Notes: generated from the letters alone by a model not told the origin. A stretch of 64,000 nt of DNA from Basidiobolus meristosporus CBS 931.73 (GCA_002104905.1 MCFE01000367.1:22687-86686), one strand, 5' to 3'; numbered from the stretch's first letter, positions 1 through 12,913 are shown. Numbers and translations are program-made.

Positions 1-442
1 CTGGAAGCTACTGCCAGTGGGTCTATACAACTAAATATGAGTGATAGCTCCGGGGCAACAACAGCAAGACTCAGTGACATACTCTATGCACCAGGAATAG
101 CTAAGAACCTACTCTCACTCAGTAAAGCAACTGCTCAGGGACTGAAATTTGTTTTTACTAAGATGAGCTGCTCAATGTTGAGTGAGAATGGACAAAACTC
201 AGCTTTGGGTATCAAAGATCACAATATATACAAGTTACAATGCAAGATCATTGTACCTGAGTATGTCAGCATTGCTGAAACTGATAAAACCAACTGGGAG
301 ATGTGGCATAGGATGCTAGGACACATTGGGGAACAGAAAATGAGCCAATTGGTAAAAATAAGCTTGTTTTGGGCCTAAAATACTCAACTCCAATCAAATT
401 GAATGTTTGTAAGGGATGTTCATATGGCAAACAAGCTAGGCA

Positions 443-1165
443 ATGTTGCAAGAGCTCAGAAGACATCAATACCACCAAAATATTGGCATTGCACACTCAG
501 ACATATGTGGACCCATGAGAACACTATTCTTTGGAGCCAAGAGATACTTTATGACATTTATTGATGACAAAACAAGATATACATGGGTGTACTTCCTCAA
601 AACAAAGGATGAAGCTTTAGAGTCATTTAAGCACTTCAAGAACATGGCAGAAACACAAACTGGGTGGAAATTGAAGGTACTACAAAGTGACAATGTAGGA
701 GAATACTGTTCAAAGGAGTTTGCTAAATATTGCTTGTCTACTGGTATACTTCATGAGACCACAGTTCCTCATACTCCACAGCAAAATGGAGTAGCCAAAC
801 ATTCAAATAGAACAACAATGAAGATGGGAAGATCTATGCTACATGATAAGGGAATGGACGATAAGTTTTGGGCTGAATCTGTTGCAACTGCAGTATACAT
901 CAAGAACAGATGCCCAACAACAGCACTACGTGATTCTACACCCTTTGAAGCATATACAGGCAAAAAACCAGATCTCCAGCACCTCAAGATCTTTGGCAGT
1001 GATGTTTTTAATCAAACCCCTGACAAAAAACGCTCAAAGTTGGAACCAAAGAGTAGGAAAGGGATCTTTCTTGGGTATTACAACAATACTAAAGGGTATG
1101 GAGTGTATGATGGCCAGATGCTACTATATGGCAACAAGCCATGCAGGAGGAGTACTAATCACTGA
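443..1165 (+). pseudogene. Copia integrase core fragment
   Basis: rve-like motifs HSDICGPM, FIDDKTRYTWVYFLK, SDNVGEY, PQQNGVA; the reading frame is lost at an apparent internal deletion near 1140. Confidence 0.9.
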
Positions 1166-1345
1166 TCAAGGCAAAAACATGGGGACCAGTAGATTTACCA
1201 AATAGGTGAAAGCCAATAGGATGTGGATGGGTCTACAAGATCAAGATAACCTCAAATGGTGCTGTTGATAAATACAAGGCTAGATTGGTGGCTAATGGCT
1301 GTTCCCAGATCCAGGGACTAAACTTTAGGGAAACATTTGCTCCGG

Positions 1346-2424
1346 TGTAGTGGGGTCACAGTGACACTCACAGGCAGATGTGCTCATTCTCATATGTTCA
1401 CTTCCCTAAAAAAGGATTACCCCCCCTATATTAGTATCATCCCAAATTGCAATACTTTCTATTCTGTCTACGTGATTATTACTATGCAACCTGACAAACT
1501 ATTTGTCACTATTAACCTATTGCACAAGCTATTCCTATTCCTTGCCAAGATGCCAAGATAAGATAGTTACCATATAAGGCAAGTACCCAAACAGTGCCCA
1601 TGTCATGTGACCATTTTGGCTTCATAACCCTCCTATCCTACTACCATAAGAGGCAACCACATGACACAGGGGTTTCATATTACCACTACCTGATTGGCTA
1701 GGTGCTACTATGTCTCATGGAACAATCCGCCAAGAATTTGCGCTATTTTTAGTACACAATGACATGATTGGCTGTCTACTACCTTCTGGAAACTTCTGGA
1801 AAGTATTTTCTAGCAAGAAATTGAGCAGCAAAAAAGTATATAAGGGAGGCTATCCCTTAAAATAAATTATCCCTCTTCCAATATTCCGACTTAATGATTA
1901 GTGAGATCACCACTACCTATTACCACTATTTTCTGACTCAGACCTGACAACACTCCCAGGAAACCACGCTGACAGCCAACTGACCTTGGAGGCACTACTT
2001 GTGAGGAATATGCAGAGTAGGTATATTTTATTATATTTGTTTGTTTTCCCAAGTTTGTTCTTGCACAGGCAAAGATACTTTTCAGTCTTTGTAACTATTG
2101 GTCAAAGCTGCATTCTTATCAAGTCCCTGTTGGTGGAGTTTACAGTTGTTTTGATTTTGGAAGCTTTAGTACATTGTCATCTCAGAGGACGTCAAAGCCA
2201 GTATAAACTTTTGTTAAGACTCCAACTAAGTTGGGGATTGTAGTTCAATAGTTTTCCCTTGACAAGCTTGAGGCTTTATCCCCCATCACATTAGATTAGA
2301 CAAAAGACCCAGTATTCCTAGCAAGCTTTTGCCAGAGGTTATTGCACCCAGTGAACACCCCACACACATTCACACTTGAGAAGTGTTGGCCGTATTTTGC
2401 CCTTTGGACTTATACACCACCACA
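1346..2424 (+). mobile_element. Solo LTR, family B (1079 bp), inserted in copia RT
   Basis: TGTAGTGG...CCACCACA ends; 4-bp TSD CCGG (1342-1345 and 2425-2428); removing it restores RT codons ETFAPV-AKFSS; second copy in reverse at 37289-39596. Confidence 0.88.
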
Positions 2425-3740
2425 CCGGTTGCCAAGTTTAGCTCTATTAAGACAGTTCCAGCCCTGGCAGCTGTACACAGTCTAGATCTACACCAAATGG
2501 ATGTCAAAACAGCCTTACTAAATGGGGATTTGCAAGAAACTATATAGATGGAGGAACCTGAAGGTTTTACCAATCCAAAAGGCCCCATAAGGTGTGCAAG
2601 CTTAGAGAATTTTTACATGGGCTTAAGCAGGCACCTAGAGCATGGTATAACAAGATTGACACATATCTAGAGGAAATTGGGTTCTCTTGTAGCACTGCAG
2701 ATCACAGGCATATATGTGAAACAGTTCAAAAAGGGTGTGATCATCCTAGTTCTTTATGTGGACAACCTAATTAAAGCTACTAGTGACCAAGAGACACTTA
2801 AACAGACAAAATCAGATCTCTTCAGCAGGTTTGAGATGAAGGATCTTGGAAAATTGAGCTATTTTCTTGGAATTGAGGTCAAATTTGACATACCTATTCA
2901 GAAAACTGTGCTGAATCAGTCCAAGTACATCAGGGACATTCTTAGATGCTCCAAAATGGAAAATTGCAAACCTACAGCCACCCCTATGGACAATAACCTG
3001 AAATTAAGCAAATCTCAGACAGTCATAGATGAGAACAGCTCAAATATGGACCAAAACTTTCCCTATCAATGAATGATTGGTAGCCTAATGTACTTAACGG
3101 TGTCTACATGTCCAGATACTGCAGTGGCAGTTAGAATAGTCAGTCAATTCATGCAGAATTATGGATCAGATCAAATTGCAGCAGTTAAAAAATTTTCAGA
3201 TATCTACAAGGTACCATAAATATGGTACTGGAATACTCTGGAGCAGCCAATAGGCGCAAATTTGATGCTTATAGTGATTCAGATTGGGGTAGGGATCTGA
3301 TTGACAGATGCTCTACCACAGGCTATGTATTTCTTTATGCTGGTGCAGCTATTACTTGGAATTGCAAGAACCAACCAACTGTGGCCCTATCTACAACTGA
3401 AGCAGAATACATGGCTGCATATCAAGCAGCTAAGGAGGCTATATGGCTACAAAAACTATTCAAAGACTTGGGTTTTAACTCAAATGAACCAACATGTATT
3501 TACAAGGATTATCAAAGTTGTATTTTATTAGCTAGAAATCCTACTAATCATGCCAGAACTAAGCATGTTGATATACAGCATCACTTTGTGAGGGAACCTG
3601 TAGAAAATAACTTAATAGAGTTATTGTACTGCCCAACTAACAAAATGGTGGCAGATATATTGACAAAACCACTTTCTAAGCCACAATTTGAGAATCTCAG
3701 GGAGGAATTAGGATTAAGAAATTATTTAGTTGAGGGGGGG

Positions 3741-4109
3741 TGTTGAAATATTGGACTATTTGGTATTATTCTGCAGCTAAAAACTTACTTAGCAGTTCTG
3801 GGCTAGTCTTGCTCACTGTGGGACTAATGTACAGCTCTAACTTTGCCACTTTCTTCAAATCTATGATCTTAAGATTATTCCCCTATAGTCAGGATCAAAT
3901 TAGCACTGATACCAAGTATTATGTACTAACCCTGAAACTGTTACAGAAAGCTCTTGAATATTGAGAAGCCCTCCTTACTTAGCATTACAGCTGTATTACT
4001 TCTACAAAGGTATAAATACTGAGCTTCATTACTAATAAACAACAGCGCAACTATTATCACTATTTCTTGATAAGTTTCTTATATCCAAGTTACTTCTTAA
4101 ATTGCAACA
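3741..4109 (+). repeat. 3' LTR of copia family A (369 bp)
   Basis: TGTTG...CAACA ends, directly after the PPT; homologous to 14155-14523 and 25722-26090. Confidence 0.93.
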
Positions 4110-4530
4110 CTATCTTGGCCCACTAGTACTATCTGGCACTATAAGTGCTTTGTATAGATCTTACTTTAGGGCTAATAATTAAACATAGTGCCAGACAGTA
4201 TCAGTGGACCAAGGTAGTGCCATGCATTTTTGTGGCATGTTACAAGCCACAGGAGCTAGATTCAGAGTGCCATGGGTACCAAGTACCAGATGCATAACTT
4301 CAATCCTTTTGTGCTCTTACACATCCTTCACAACATTGACCTTAAAAAAAAGGTCAAAAAATGGATATTCTCCAGCACAATGGGTGAAACACAGGGGCTG
4401 CTTTGCATGAAGATGCAGAGCTATGCTTCACACTCTGTGGCCAAGTATAGGTTCACTTGGCCTCCCTGGCACACTTTGGCATCATTAGGCACTCATGTCT
4501 CAATGTGGCGCTACCCAATGGAACAAGTCT
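4110..4530. mobile_element. Spacer and right arm of an AGACTTGTT-family foldback element (left arm displaced by the copia insertion)
   Basis: Matches 37987-38403 (spacer TAAGTGCTTTGTATAGATCTTACTTTAGGGCTAATAATT plus arm) and ends in GAACAAGTCT. Confidence 0.85.
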
Positions 4531-4544
4531 AATATATGATTTAT

Positions 4545-5620
4545 TACTTCAATCACTTGCACTCTCTTGTACTGTTTAAAAAACTGCCCACTTGTATTTA
4601 TATAATGTGCCTACTCTTGTTTCTGTTTTTTGTCTTTGTGTTCCTACTGCATTCTCTTGTTCAGTGTCCTGGCTTTGCACAGTAAATACAGCAATCAGGT
4701 TTTCTTTGATTTTGCTGTTTTCCATTCCTTTCTTCTTGCATTTTAGAGCTAAATAAAGCATTATCTTCAATTTTCTCTGCTTGATCATATTGTCTGAGTT
4801 CTTCATGGAGGAGTGACCAAGACTAGTGCACAATTGTTGAGTAGATTTTTAGCTGCTGAATGATACCAAATAGTCCAATTTTGCAGTAGTGTCCTACCCA
4901 ACCATGCATAGCTCAGCAAAGCACCTACTTATTGAGGCTGCTTTGCATCTAAATATCAAAGGCATAGGTGCCCCCATGTGCACATCTGTCCTCAGTATTT
5001 TCCAATTCTTCTGGGATGTCCTCTATGTGCCAACTGATCACATCAATGACAGACTTGTTAATGAGATTAGGATATAGTAGTACTTGCAACATAACCCATC
5101 ATCCTATCTCCAAACACAGCCACTCCATAAGAAACTCCTAAAAGGTGAAGTAAGGCTCAATATTCTCCACACACTAAACAAGATGGAGTAGAGAATGGAT
5201 ACTACTATAGCAGTGATCTACACATTTGGCTTCATGCTAAGAGTATAGCCACTCAAATTCCATCATAAACTCCATGCATAAAAGCTGCAGACACATTAAC
5301 TTGGCATTGGTGATATGCTTCTAGATAAATATTGCTACAATGTCATTATATAACTCTCAATGCTTCTAATGTACCCTAAAAGAAATAATTGTGATTATCC
5401 TGTCAAAAGGCCATCACAAAATTAAAGTCCTACGCCTAAGATGCATTGATCCCATCAGGACACTATGCAAAGACCACTGAAAAATAACTGCACCACATAT
5501 TTCACAAAAAACTTGGGCAAATCTTTGATCACAACATATATGAGCTATTGCCACTTTTTCACACTCCCTACTTCTTGATCAAATTGATTATTTTGCATTT
5601 CATGCACACATATTGATTTA
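4545..5620 (-). mobile_element. Degenerate CACTA/EnSpm transposase fragment
   Basis: 4860-5230 resembles the DUF4218-like region at 40680-41050; 5330-5600 is the reverse complement of the repeats at 50669-51357. No intact ORF; boundaries approximate. Confidence 0.55.
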
Positions 5621-5754
5621 GTTGCATTAAAACCTTAGTTGTACAATAATTGCTAATTGTAATGACCTAGGCAAGTCCCTATACTCAACACTGACATTAA
5701 CCAACCTTAGTAACTCCATTTAAGTCCACCATTCATATGTATTTCTGTAGAAAC

Positions 5755-6151
5755 TGTTATGAATAGACACAAGGCAGGAGGAAAAGCTAGGCATGGCAGG
5801 AATGGACTTAGGTGTGGACCATCAAGGCAAGACAGGATTCAAGGCAAGGCTGTTTATTCAAGACCTGTGTTTATCAGACTGAGGAATACTTAAGGGGGGA
5901 TAGGACTATATATACTTGTTGGTTATACTGATGCCAAGAGATATTGGCTTATACTAATGGGGTTGTGGGGTGAGGCACAGCAATGGTGCTGGGGATAATG
6001 ACATAGATGACACGGCACTGAGACAGGATGGGGAAATGGATTGGGTCACCTGATCATGTGGCTAAGTCATGTGACCTGATATTTCCATATATGGTACTGG
6101 ACTATGAAAAATACAATGGGAAGCTTACATGGAGTGTTCCATTGTGTAACA
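5755..6151. repeat. Possible LTR remnant
   Basis: TGTTAT...TAACA ends and motifs shared with LTR-B (GTCATGTGACC); no TSD and no second copy found. Confidence 0.3.
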
Positions 6152-6280
6152 ATGGTTTGGAATGGTCAGGAACTTTCTGGAAGGTGGTAGAAGGTTCCAG
6201 AAGGAATCTCTTAGAAATTGTGCTAGGAAGCTGAAACTTGGCATGGGTGTTCATGGTTGTCATGTGATCATGACAGAAAC

Positions 6281-7880
6281 GCCCTTTTCCATGACTTCAG
6301 CAGGAACCCTATGGCTTTATGCCACTGTTCATTTTCTGATTCCCATACATCCTGGTCTTCAGCCAGCACTGAAAGGTGTAGCACCTCATCTGACAGTCTT
6401 TGCAATATTTTAGTGTTTTCTGAACACTGCTCTTAGAGGAGTATTGCCACCTCTTGGTGTGCCTATTAATGTTCTCAAATTGCACTCTAGGCATTGTGAA
6501 GATCTTTTGACTTCTTAGAATTGTTGCTTTGTCTATCAGTGGGATCTCCACTCTGTCTACAATGGAGGACATAGAGGCAGTGATAGATAAATTGCTTTCT
6601 CTGTAAACTCATCTACCTCACTGGAGTGCAGCTAAACTGGCTGTGCTTCCAACTCTTGAGAAAACAGCTTTTGCTTTGCTGATAATTCTTCTAGGCTGTA
6701 ATGAAATTCAGCCTGTTATGGGCCAACAGCATTGACTGGGGAGAACTGCTGCTTTTTGCTCACATTTCCCAGACTCTGGCTTGGCTGGACTTCTTTCTCT
6801 TACCCTTACCTTTGTCACTTCCAAGTCTTTCATTGCTACTTAAACTGAGTGTGTCTTGTATAGTACCTTGTGTGCTCCTTGATGAATACAACACTAGTAC
6901 ATCAGTATTGATCTGCTTATTCCTTGCCAGCCCTCTCCTAGCAACCTGGTATTTCTTTGCCACTTAATTGAAACTTCCAACCCAGCTTGTGATGGGCTCC
7001 TGAGAAAGCCACAGGTTCTGATAACTGTCAAGGTCTCCACTTATACTGTCACTGAGTGCTCCTGGCACTGAGCTATATTCTTCCCTAGATATATGCTGCA
7101 CTGATGCATCTGTTACTGCCTGCTTATCTCTGACAGGAATTCTGTTGGCTAGTTGATATCTCTTTGCAACTTGCTTGAAGCATTCAGTTCTGCTTGTGAT
7201 GAGTTGTCATGATCTGCCACTTGAATGTTTAAGTTAGATCAGTTTTTAGTCAAATCAATTAGTTATATATTTTGGTTATCAGTATATCAGTGATAAATAT
7301 CAAATCAGTAACATTAGTCAGCAAATGAATCAGCATATCCTTATCAGACCAAAATAGATATTTTAGGTGGGGTCTTACTGGGTGATGATGATGCAATCAA
7401 ATGAATCATCAGCCACAGCCTACATTAGGAAATACAATTAGTCAGCAATTGATCTGGCAAAATGTATATAAGGAGCTGCTGGAATCTCAATAAAGATCAG
7501 TTCAAGTTTTAGTGAATACAATACTGGCTAAACTCCCTATTCCTCTACAACTCTTACACCAAGACTTGTAACAGAGCTCTTGAGGAGCTTCTGCTTCTCT
7601 TGAGATACTTTCTTAGCATATCAATACTGGCCCCAAATCTGCTGGTTTGGCTGAATGCAGAGTAATGTTTATAGCAAAAGTCAGGTACATACTGCTTGAC
7701 CTTAAGTTCCCAATAGTGTCCTGGCATGCTGGACTCACAATGATGATGCGCTAGACCTTTTGCATCCTTTGCAATATTAGCCTACTCTACATCTTCACAC
7801 TCAACAGCTGCATGGATCATCAATGTCATATGATTTCTAGGCTTGGGAATATGCACCACAGACTCCCCCTCCCATGCTGT
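6281..7880 (-). pseudogene. Remnant of the CACTA-associated second ORF (ORF2), interrupted by a gypsy solo LTR
   Basis: Translation MSSIVDRVEIPLIDKATILRSQKIFTMPRVQFENINRHTKRW (6309-6572) matches 36904-37203 and 50185-50676; 7600-7880 matches the reverse complement of about 44560-44830. Confidence 0.8.
7205..7573 (+). mobile_element. Solo LTR of the gypsy family
   Basis: TGTCATGATC...TTGTAACA, homologous to 14621-14987 and 19190-19557; flanks GAGT / GAGC (4-bp TSD with one transition); host ORF2 continues across it. Confidence 0.9.
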
Positions 7881-8173
7881 TGTTACAAGTCTTGGTATAT
7901 GAGTTGTAGAAAAATAGGGAGTTTAGCTAGTACTGAATTCATCCAAACTTGAACTGACTTTTATTGAGGTTCCAGCAGCTCCTTATATGCATTATGCTAA
8001 ATCAATTGATGACCAACTGTATTTCCTTATGTAGATTGTGGCTGATGACTCATTTGATGGCATTGCCATCACTCAACAAGATCCTACTTGATACATCTAT
8101 TTCTGTCTGACAATGATCTGCTGATTCATATGCTTACTAATACTACTGATCTGATATATATCACTGATATACT
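7881..8173 (-). repeat. Truncated gypsy LTR, cut by a DNA transposon end at 8174
   Basis: TGTTACAAGTCTTGG start matches 14621; similarity stops exactly where AGACTTGTT begins. Confidence 0.85.
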
Positions 8174-10510
8174 AGACTTGTTCCATTGTACCATGCCAGG
8201 GCGCACGGCACGATTTGCGGTTGTAAAGAACAATTGGGCGTGATATTATAGCTACCAGAAGGCAGGATTGTTCTTGGACAATTTCGCACTATGCGGGACA
8301 ATCTTGCACACTATGGCACAATCTGACACAATGAGGTCGGCATGGATGATCACGCCAACTCGTAATGTTTGCATCACGTGCGCAATTGGATACCGCTATA
8401 ATGGCAGGTAAAATCCGGTATTTGGATATGTTTCTTTAATGTCAATGGAAATAAATGTGTATCAAACTATAAACTACACTGATACTTACCATTTTGGTTA
8501 CCCTCACTCCAATTGGACGGTATCTCAGTGGTTAATTGGTCCAAAAGTATCCTGAAGCTGGCAGCCCCCAATTGGCTCATTGACTACTGAAAAAGCTACC
8601 TGATTTGCCATTAAATATCCCATTTTGCCCATTGAGCAAGTAAATCCCTGATCCTAGTGATTGGACAAGGTGTCACAGCTAGCACGCAAGCAATTGTGTA
8701 GGTGCAAAACAGATCCAATAGCTGCACTGATATTACAGATGACGTATATATATGCAGGGTGTTTATTTATAGGGGTTCTGTCTCAAATGTGAGAAGACCT
8801 TGATATTACTTATATCAAAAATTTGATGATCACTGATTTGCAATGGCTCCATTTGGATCACAAAAAAAAAGGGTTGTTGGGATCATTACAAATGTAGGCA
8901 ATTCAAAGCAATTGCATCATCTTCTCCTGGGTTTTTTTCTCACAGGGATTACAACTGAAGCATTTGGTAGTGACTCACTTTGCACACTTATACTACTTCC
9001 TGGCTGACTATCATCTTGGCTACTTGTGTATTTGTAGTCAGTATTTTGCCTCCTAGTTGATGAGTGCAATGCTGCAGCTTGGCTGCGCTGAATTGCTCCA
9101 ACTGAACCAGCCTGTAGTGCCATGTGCTGACACGTTCTTTTACTTGCCAAGGGCTCCAGTGGTTGAGGCACTTCATGTTGGTCATCATCAGTCAGTTCAC
9201 CAGAAGTAACTTGCTGATGGTCAGGCAAAACGGCACACGCAGGCACGCCTTGACATGTTGAGATGGCCCTTGGCTGAGTTCCATGTGATGCCGCATGTTG
9301 ACGCAACTTGGTCCGCCCCAATGGACTTGTGTCTAAATGAGCAGTTTGGCAAGTTCTTGTAGTTTTGCTCTGAAGTGCGCGCGTTGACCCACTGCGTGTT
9401 GACTCAACGTGGGGCGTTCTGGTAAAGGGTGTTGGTGTGGTCTGGACTGACGTGCACCGGCGCGCTGTGGTTGTAAGAGATGGTAGGGAATCCAGCAAGG
9501 CGTGCTGGCGCAATCTGGACAATGTTGCTCACGGTCTGTATTCTTCCTCCTGAAGCTCACCATCTGATTCCTCAAGGTATTCACTTACCCTCTGTCTGAT
9601 ACTTTGGAGCTGTTGCCTGGATGAGTCCTGCGTATATTGCTCTCAGAAGCCACTTAGCTCTACTAATATATCACGTAGTACATTAGTCATTTTAGGCAAA
9701 AACTCATTCAAAATCTCTTTGGTTCCCAAAGTTGAGGCACAAACAGACGCGTCCGGCCCGTACCATGCAAATTGCACGCAAAATTGTTCCAGCGCGGCTT
9801 CTTTGTCAAATCCCCTCACTCTCAGCTCATTCTTGATTTCAATACTTGTCTTGTTATATATCTTTTTACATAAACCAGCTGGCATCTTGATGTAGAGCTC
9901 ATGCCGCAGCTTTCTACTCAAATTCTTCCATCTTTGTTGACTCTCTGAGGTATCTAGTTCTGCTATATTAATCAATAGTGTCCAAATATCTGTATGAAGG
10001 CTCATCATAGACACTTGGGCCATACTAAAATCATTTGGCAAGAACTTGAACGGATCCAACATTGACTTCTCTAGTCCGGACCGTGCCTGTGAGCTGGGGG
10101 ATGGGTTTTGTCTGGGTTGTACTAAAGATGAGTTGAGGCTTGGTATGGGGACCATAGCAACGGACTTGGATACTTATACAGCAGTATATTGGCATCAACC
10201 TGGTCTTATATGAAATATATATGAAAACTAATGTGATTGTTGAATTTTCCATATATTATGCATGATGCATCTTGGATTGCGTTGACACGGAGCAGATCAC
10301 ATCAATTGCAGATTTCCTATTTGATTATAGACCTATGATTAAAGCATCAATAAAAGTACCAAGGCATTGTTTGCAGATGATTTTTGCGACATAATGATGG
10401 GATACATGGCAATTGATGGAGATTTAACCATAATGTATTAAAAATCAGATAAATAACGCGGATTGCGCCGAATCAATTCAAACCACCTCCATACAATCAT
10501 CCATCAATTT
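8174..10510. mobile_element. Partial two-ORF DNA transposon with AGACTTGTT terminus (probable PIF/Harbinger-superfamily element)
   Basis: Terminus AGACTTGTTCCATTG shared with elements at 23879, 37678 and 38404; subterminal GGCAC/GCAC motifs; minus-strand ORF1 (8917-10155) and a divergent plus-strand segment (10260-10500) homologous to 23340-23570, which leads into a Harbinger-like motif. Right end not seen. Confidence 0.55.
8917..10155 (-). pseudogene. ORF1 of the AGACTTGTT element, about 412 codons, two in-frame TGA stops, unknown function
   Basis: ORFs 9643-10155 and 8917-9522 share a frame (offset 633 nt); the gap reads ELSGF*EQYTQDSSRQQLQSIRQRVSEYLEESDGELQEEEYRP*ATLSR. A degenerate homologue lies at 22735-22940. 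Confidence 0.6.
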
Positions 10511-10744
10511 TAATATTACATACTCATCTGAATGGTCTTTTCTCATCAATCCCATTACTACCACTGGATTTCCTTTTGACACACTAGAGGAGAACTATAC
10601 CAAGTACTGTGGTCCATCTACCCCAATCTACTCAAGGAGATCCCTTGTTAAGCTTCTCTGCTACTACAAGAACTATTGCCCTTCAAGGTTTCATCCCACC
10701 ACCCATGGCAACAAAAGTCCTAGCAGCCTTCATTCCCAGCTGAC

Positions 10745-12913
10745 AGCTGATATCCTTAAGAAAGACAATACCAACAAGTGGGACATAGCTTGTGAAACTG
10801 TCTTCCAGACACTCAAGAATGAACTTGCTAAGCTGCTAAGCTTAAGAATACCTGACTTCAGAAAAGAGCTTACTCTGTGCACAGATACTTCAGATTATGC
10901 AATTGGTGGAGTGTTGAGCCAAGAACACAAGGGAAAGAACTATCCCATTGCCTTTGAATCTAAGAAACTGAACTCAGCAGGACAAAACTATCCAGTGCAT
11001 GAGAAGGAGAATTCTTGCTATAATACACTGTTTGAAGACATAGAGATGCTATATTGATGGAGTCAAATGCATTGTAAAGACTGATCATGCCTCCCTCAAG
11101 TATATATTTACTCAGAAGGTACTCTCTAGAAGAATGACAAGATGGAGTGAATACATTCAGCAATTTTACTTAGAGATTGTCTACTGCCCTGGAAAAAACA
11201 ACACAGTTGCTGATGCCTTATCAAGATTAGATCAAGTTGCACAACTCAACTTGTTGCATGAATCAGATTGGCCTAACCAATTACCAAAGTACTTGGAGGA
11301 CCAAGCCATTCCTGATGAGGTGGATGAAGATATCAAGAAGATAATCCAGGATGAAGCCAGCAAACTTGTAGTACAGGATGAGACACTCTACCAAATTATT
11401 GATGGAAGCACTATTGCCTATTGCCCTTATGTTTCTTGCCTGGATTTGATACATAAGCTACAAAATGGATATGGACATCTTGGAATTGAAGGAACCAATA
11501 GCCTTGTGAAAGCCAGAGCATGGTGGCCCAGAATGTAACATGACATTGAGAAGCTGGTGAAAACATGCCCAAATTGCCAAATCAACCAAGGCCAACCACA
11601 GAGAATTGCTGAACTCTTTCCCTTGGAGCCTGTACAACCACTTGAAAGATGGGGAATTGACTTTATTGAAAGACTGCCAACTACCAGGAAATGCAACTGT
11701 TGGATCCTAGTAGCAATTGACCATGTCATTAAATGGCCAGTGGCTAAAGCTGTACCTATAGCCAGTGAACAAGAAGTTGCTAGTTTCATCTACCATGAGA
11801 TCCTTATGAAATTTGGATGCCCTGTAGAGATTCTATTCAATAGAGGTGCAAACTCTATGGCAAAGACATTGGAAGCTTACCTGGAAATGCAGCAGATCAA
11901 ACACTTGAAAACCTTGGCATATCACCCCAGAACTAATGGAGTCACTGAACAGTTAAATGGAATATTTGGAAAAATCCTGACCAAGTATGCAAATGGAGTT
12001 GTCAGTAGATGGGATGAGTATATAGACCAAGCACTCTTTGCATGCAGAGTCAGAGTACACAACACCACCCAGCAATCACCATTTTACGTTGTATATGGAT
12101 GTGTACCAAGGATTCCAGGAGATCTCACACAACCAAAGCTTACAGATACCTTAGTAGATGAACATAGTCAGCTAAGTAGGCACCAGCAACTAGAACAAAG
12201 ACATCAAGAGGCACACACCAAAGTTTCTCAAAGTGCAGAAAAGATGAAGCAGAGATATGATACAACTATAGCACCAGAAGCATTGACAGTTGGGAACTTT
12301 GTATTGCTGAGAAACAACACTCAAAAGTAGTTTGAGCCACAATGGACAGGACTATTCAAGATCATCTGAGAATGTCAATTTGCAACTTGCCAACTGGTGG
12401 ACAAACAAGGCAATATCTGGCAATACTTAGTGCATAGCAACAGACTCAAGCTTGCAAGACTTGCTGATAATACTGAACCATCAAGACATTGGTATCACAA
12501 GAAAGGAGATTCAGGAGAACCCTCTAAACTTTAGCAGGGGAGAATGTTATGATCTGCCACTTGAATGTTTAAGTTAGATCAGTTTTTAGTCAAATCAATT
12601 AGTTATATGTTTAGGTTATCAGTATATCAGTATTACCCATCAAATCAGTAGCATTAGTCAGCAAATGAATCAGCAGATCCTTATCAGACAGAAATAGAAA
12701 TATTAGGTAGGATCTTATTGGGTAATGATGATGCAATCAAATGAGTCATCAGCCACAGCCTACATTAGGAAATACAATTAGTTGGCAACTAATTGGACAA
12801 GATGTATATAAGAAGCAGCTGGAATCTTAATAAAGATCAGTACCAGTTTTAGTGAATACATATCTAGCTAAACTCCTTATTCCTCTAGAACTCTTATACC
12901 ATGTCTTGTAACA
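10745..12913 (+). mobile_element. 5'-truncated degenerate Ty3/gypsy copy (RNase H, integrase, PPT, 3' LTR 12545-12913)
   Basis: Translations 11134-11538 and 11557-12330 align with the intact pol at 14998-19131; PPT AGGGGAGAA at 12536-12544; LTR TGTTATG...TAACA. Confidence 0.93.

Larger units (their letters stand above)
1..4109 (+). mobile_element. Ty1/copia LTR retrotransposon (family A), 5'-truncated by the window edge, degenerate, interrupted by a solo LTR at 1346-2424
   Basis: Copia domain order: protease end/GAG-pre-integrase (37-378, WHRMLGH), integrase core (443-1165, HSDICGP..IDDKTRYTW..QQNGVA), RT (ETFAPV|AKFSS, MDVKTA, LYVDN), RNase H (3222-3746, YSDSDW..TEAEY..ADILTK). PPT AGTTGAGGGGGGG precedes the 3' LTR at 3741. 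Several stops and frameshifts. Confidence 0.95.

Noticed and set aside
6270-6300. Insertion hotspot in ORF2 (breakpoint within 1 nt of the LTR-B site at 37288)
   Set aside because: The adjoining sequence is not an LTR-B terminus and has no TSD. Two events are too few to exclude coincidence.
8484-8492. ATACTTACC as a U1 snRNA 5' end
   Set aside because: No downstream U1 stem-loops or Sm site; it is simply the reverse complement of a splice-donor-like GGTAAGTAT.
10515-10745. Possible tyrosine-recombinase (DIRS) fragment
   Set aside because: No RHRY-type catalytic motifs recognisable; too short and degenerate.
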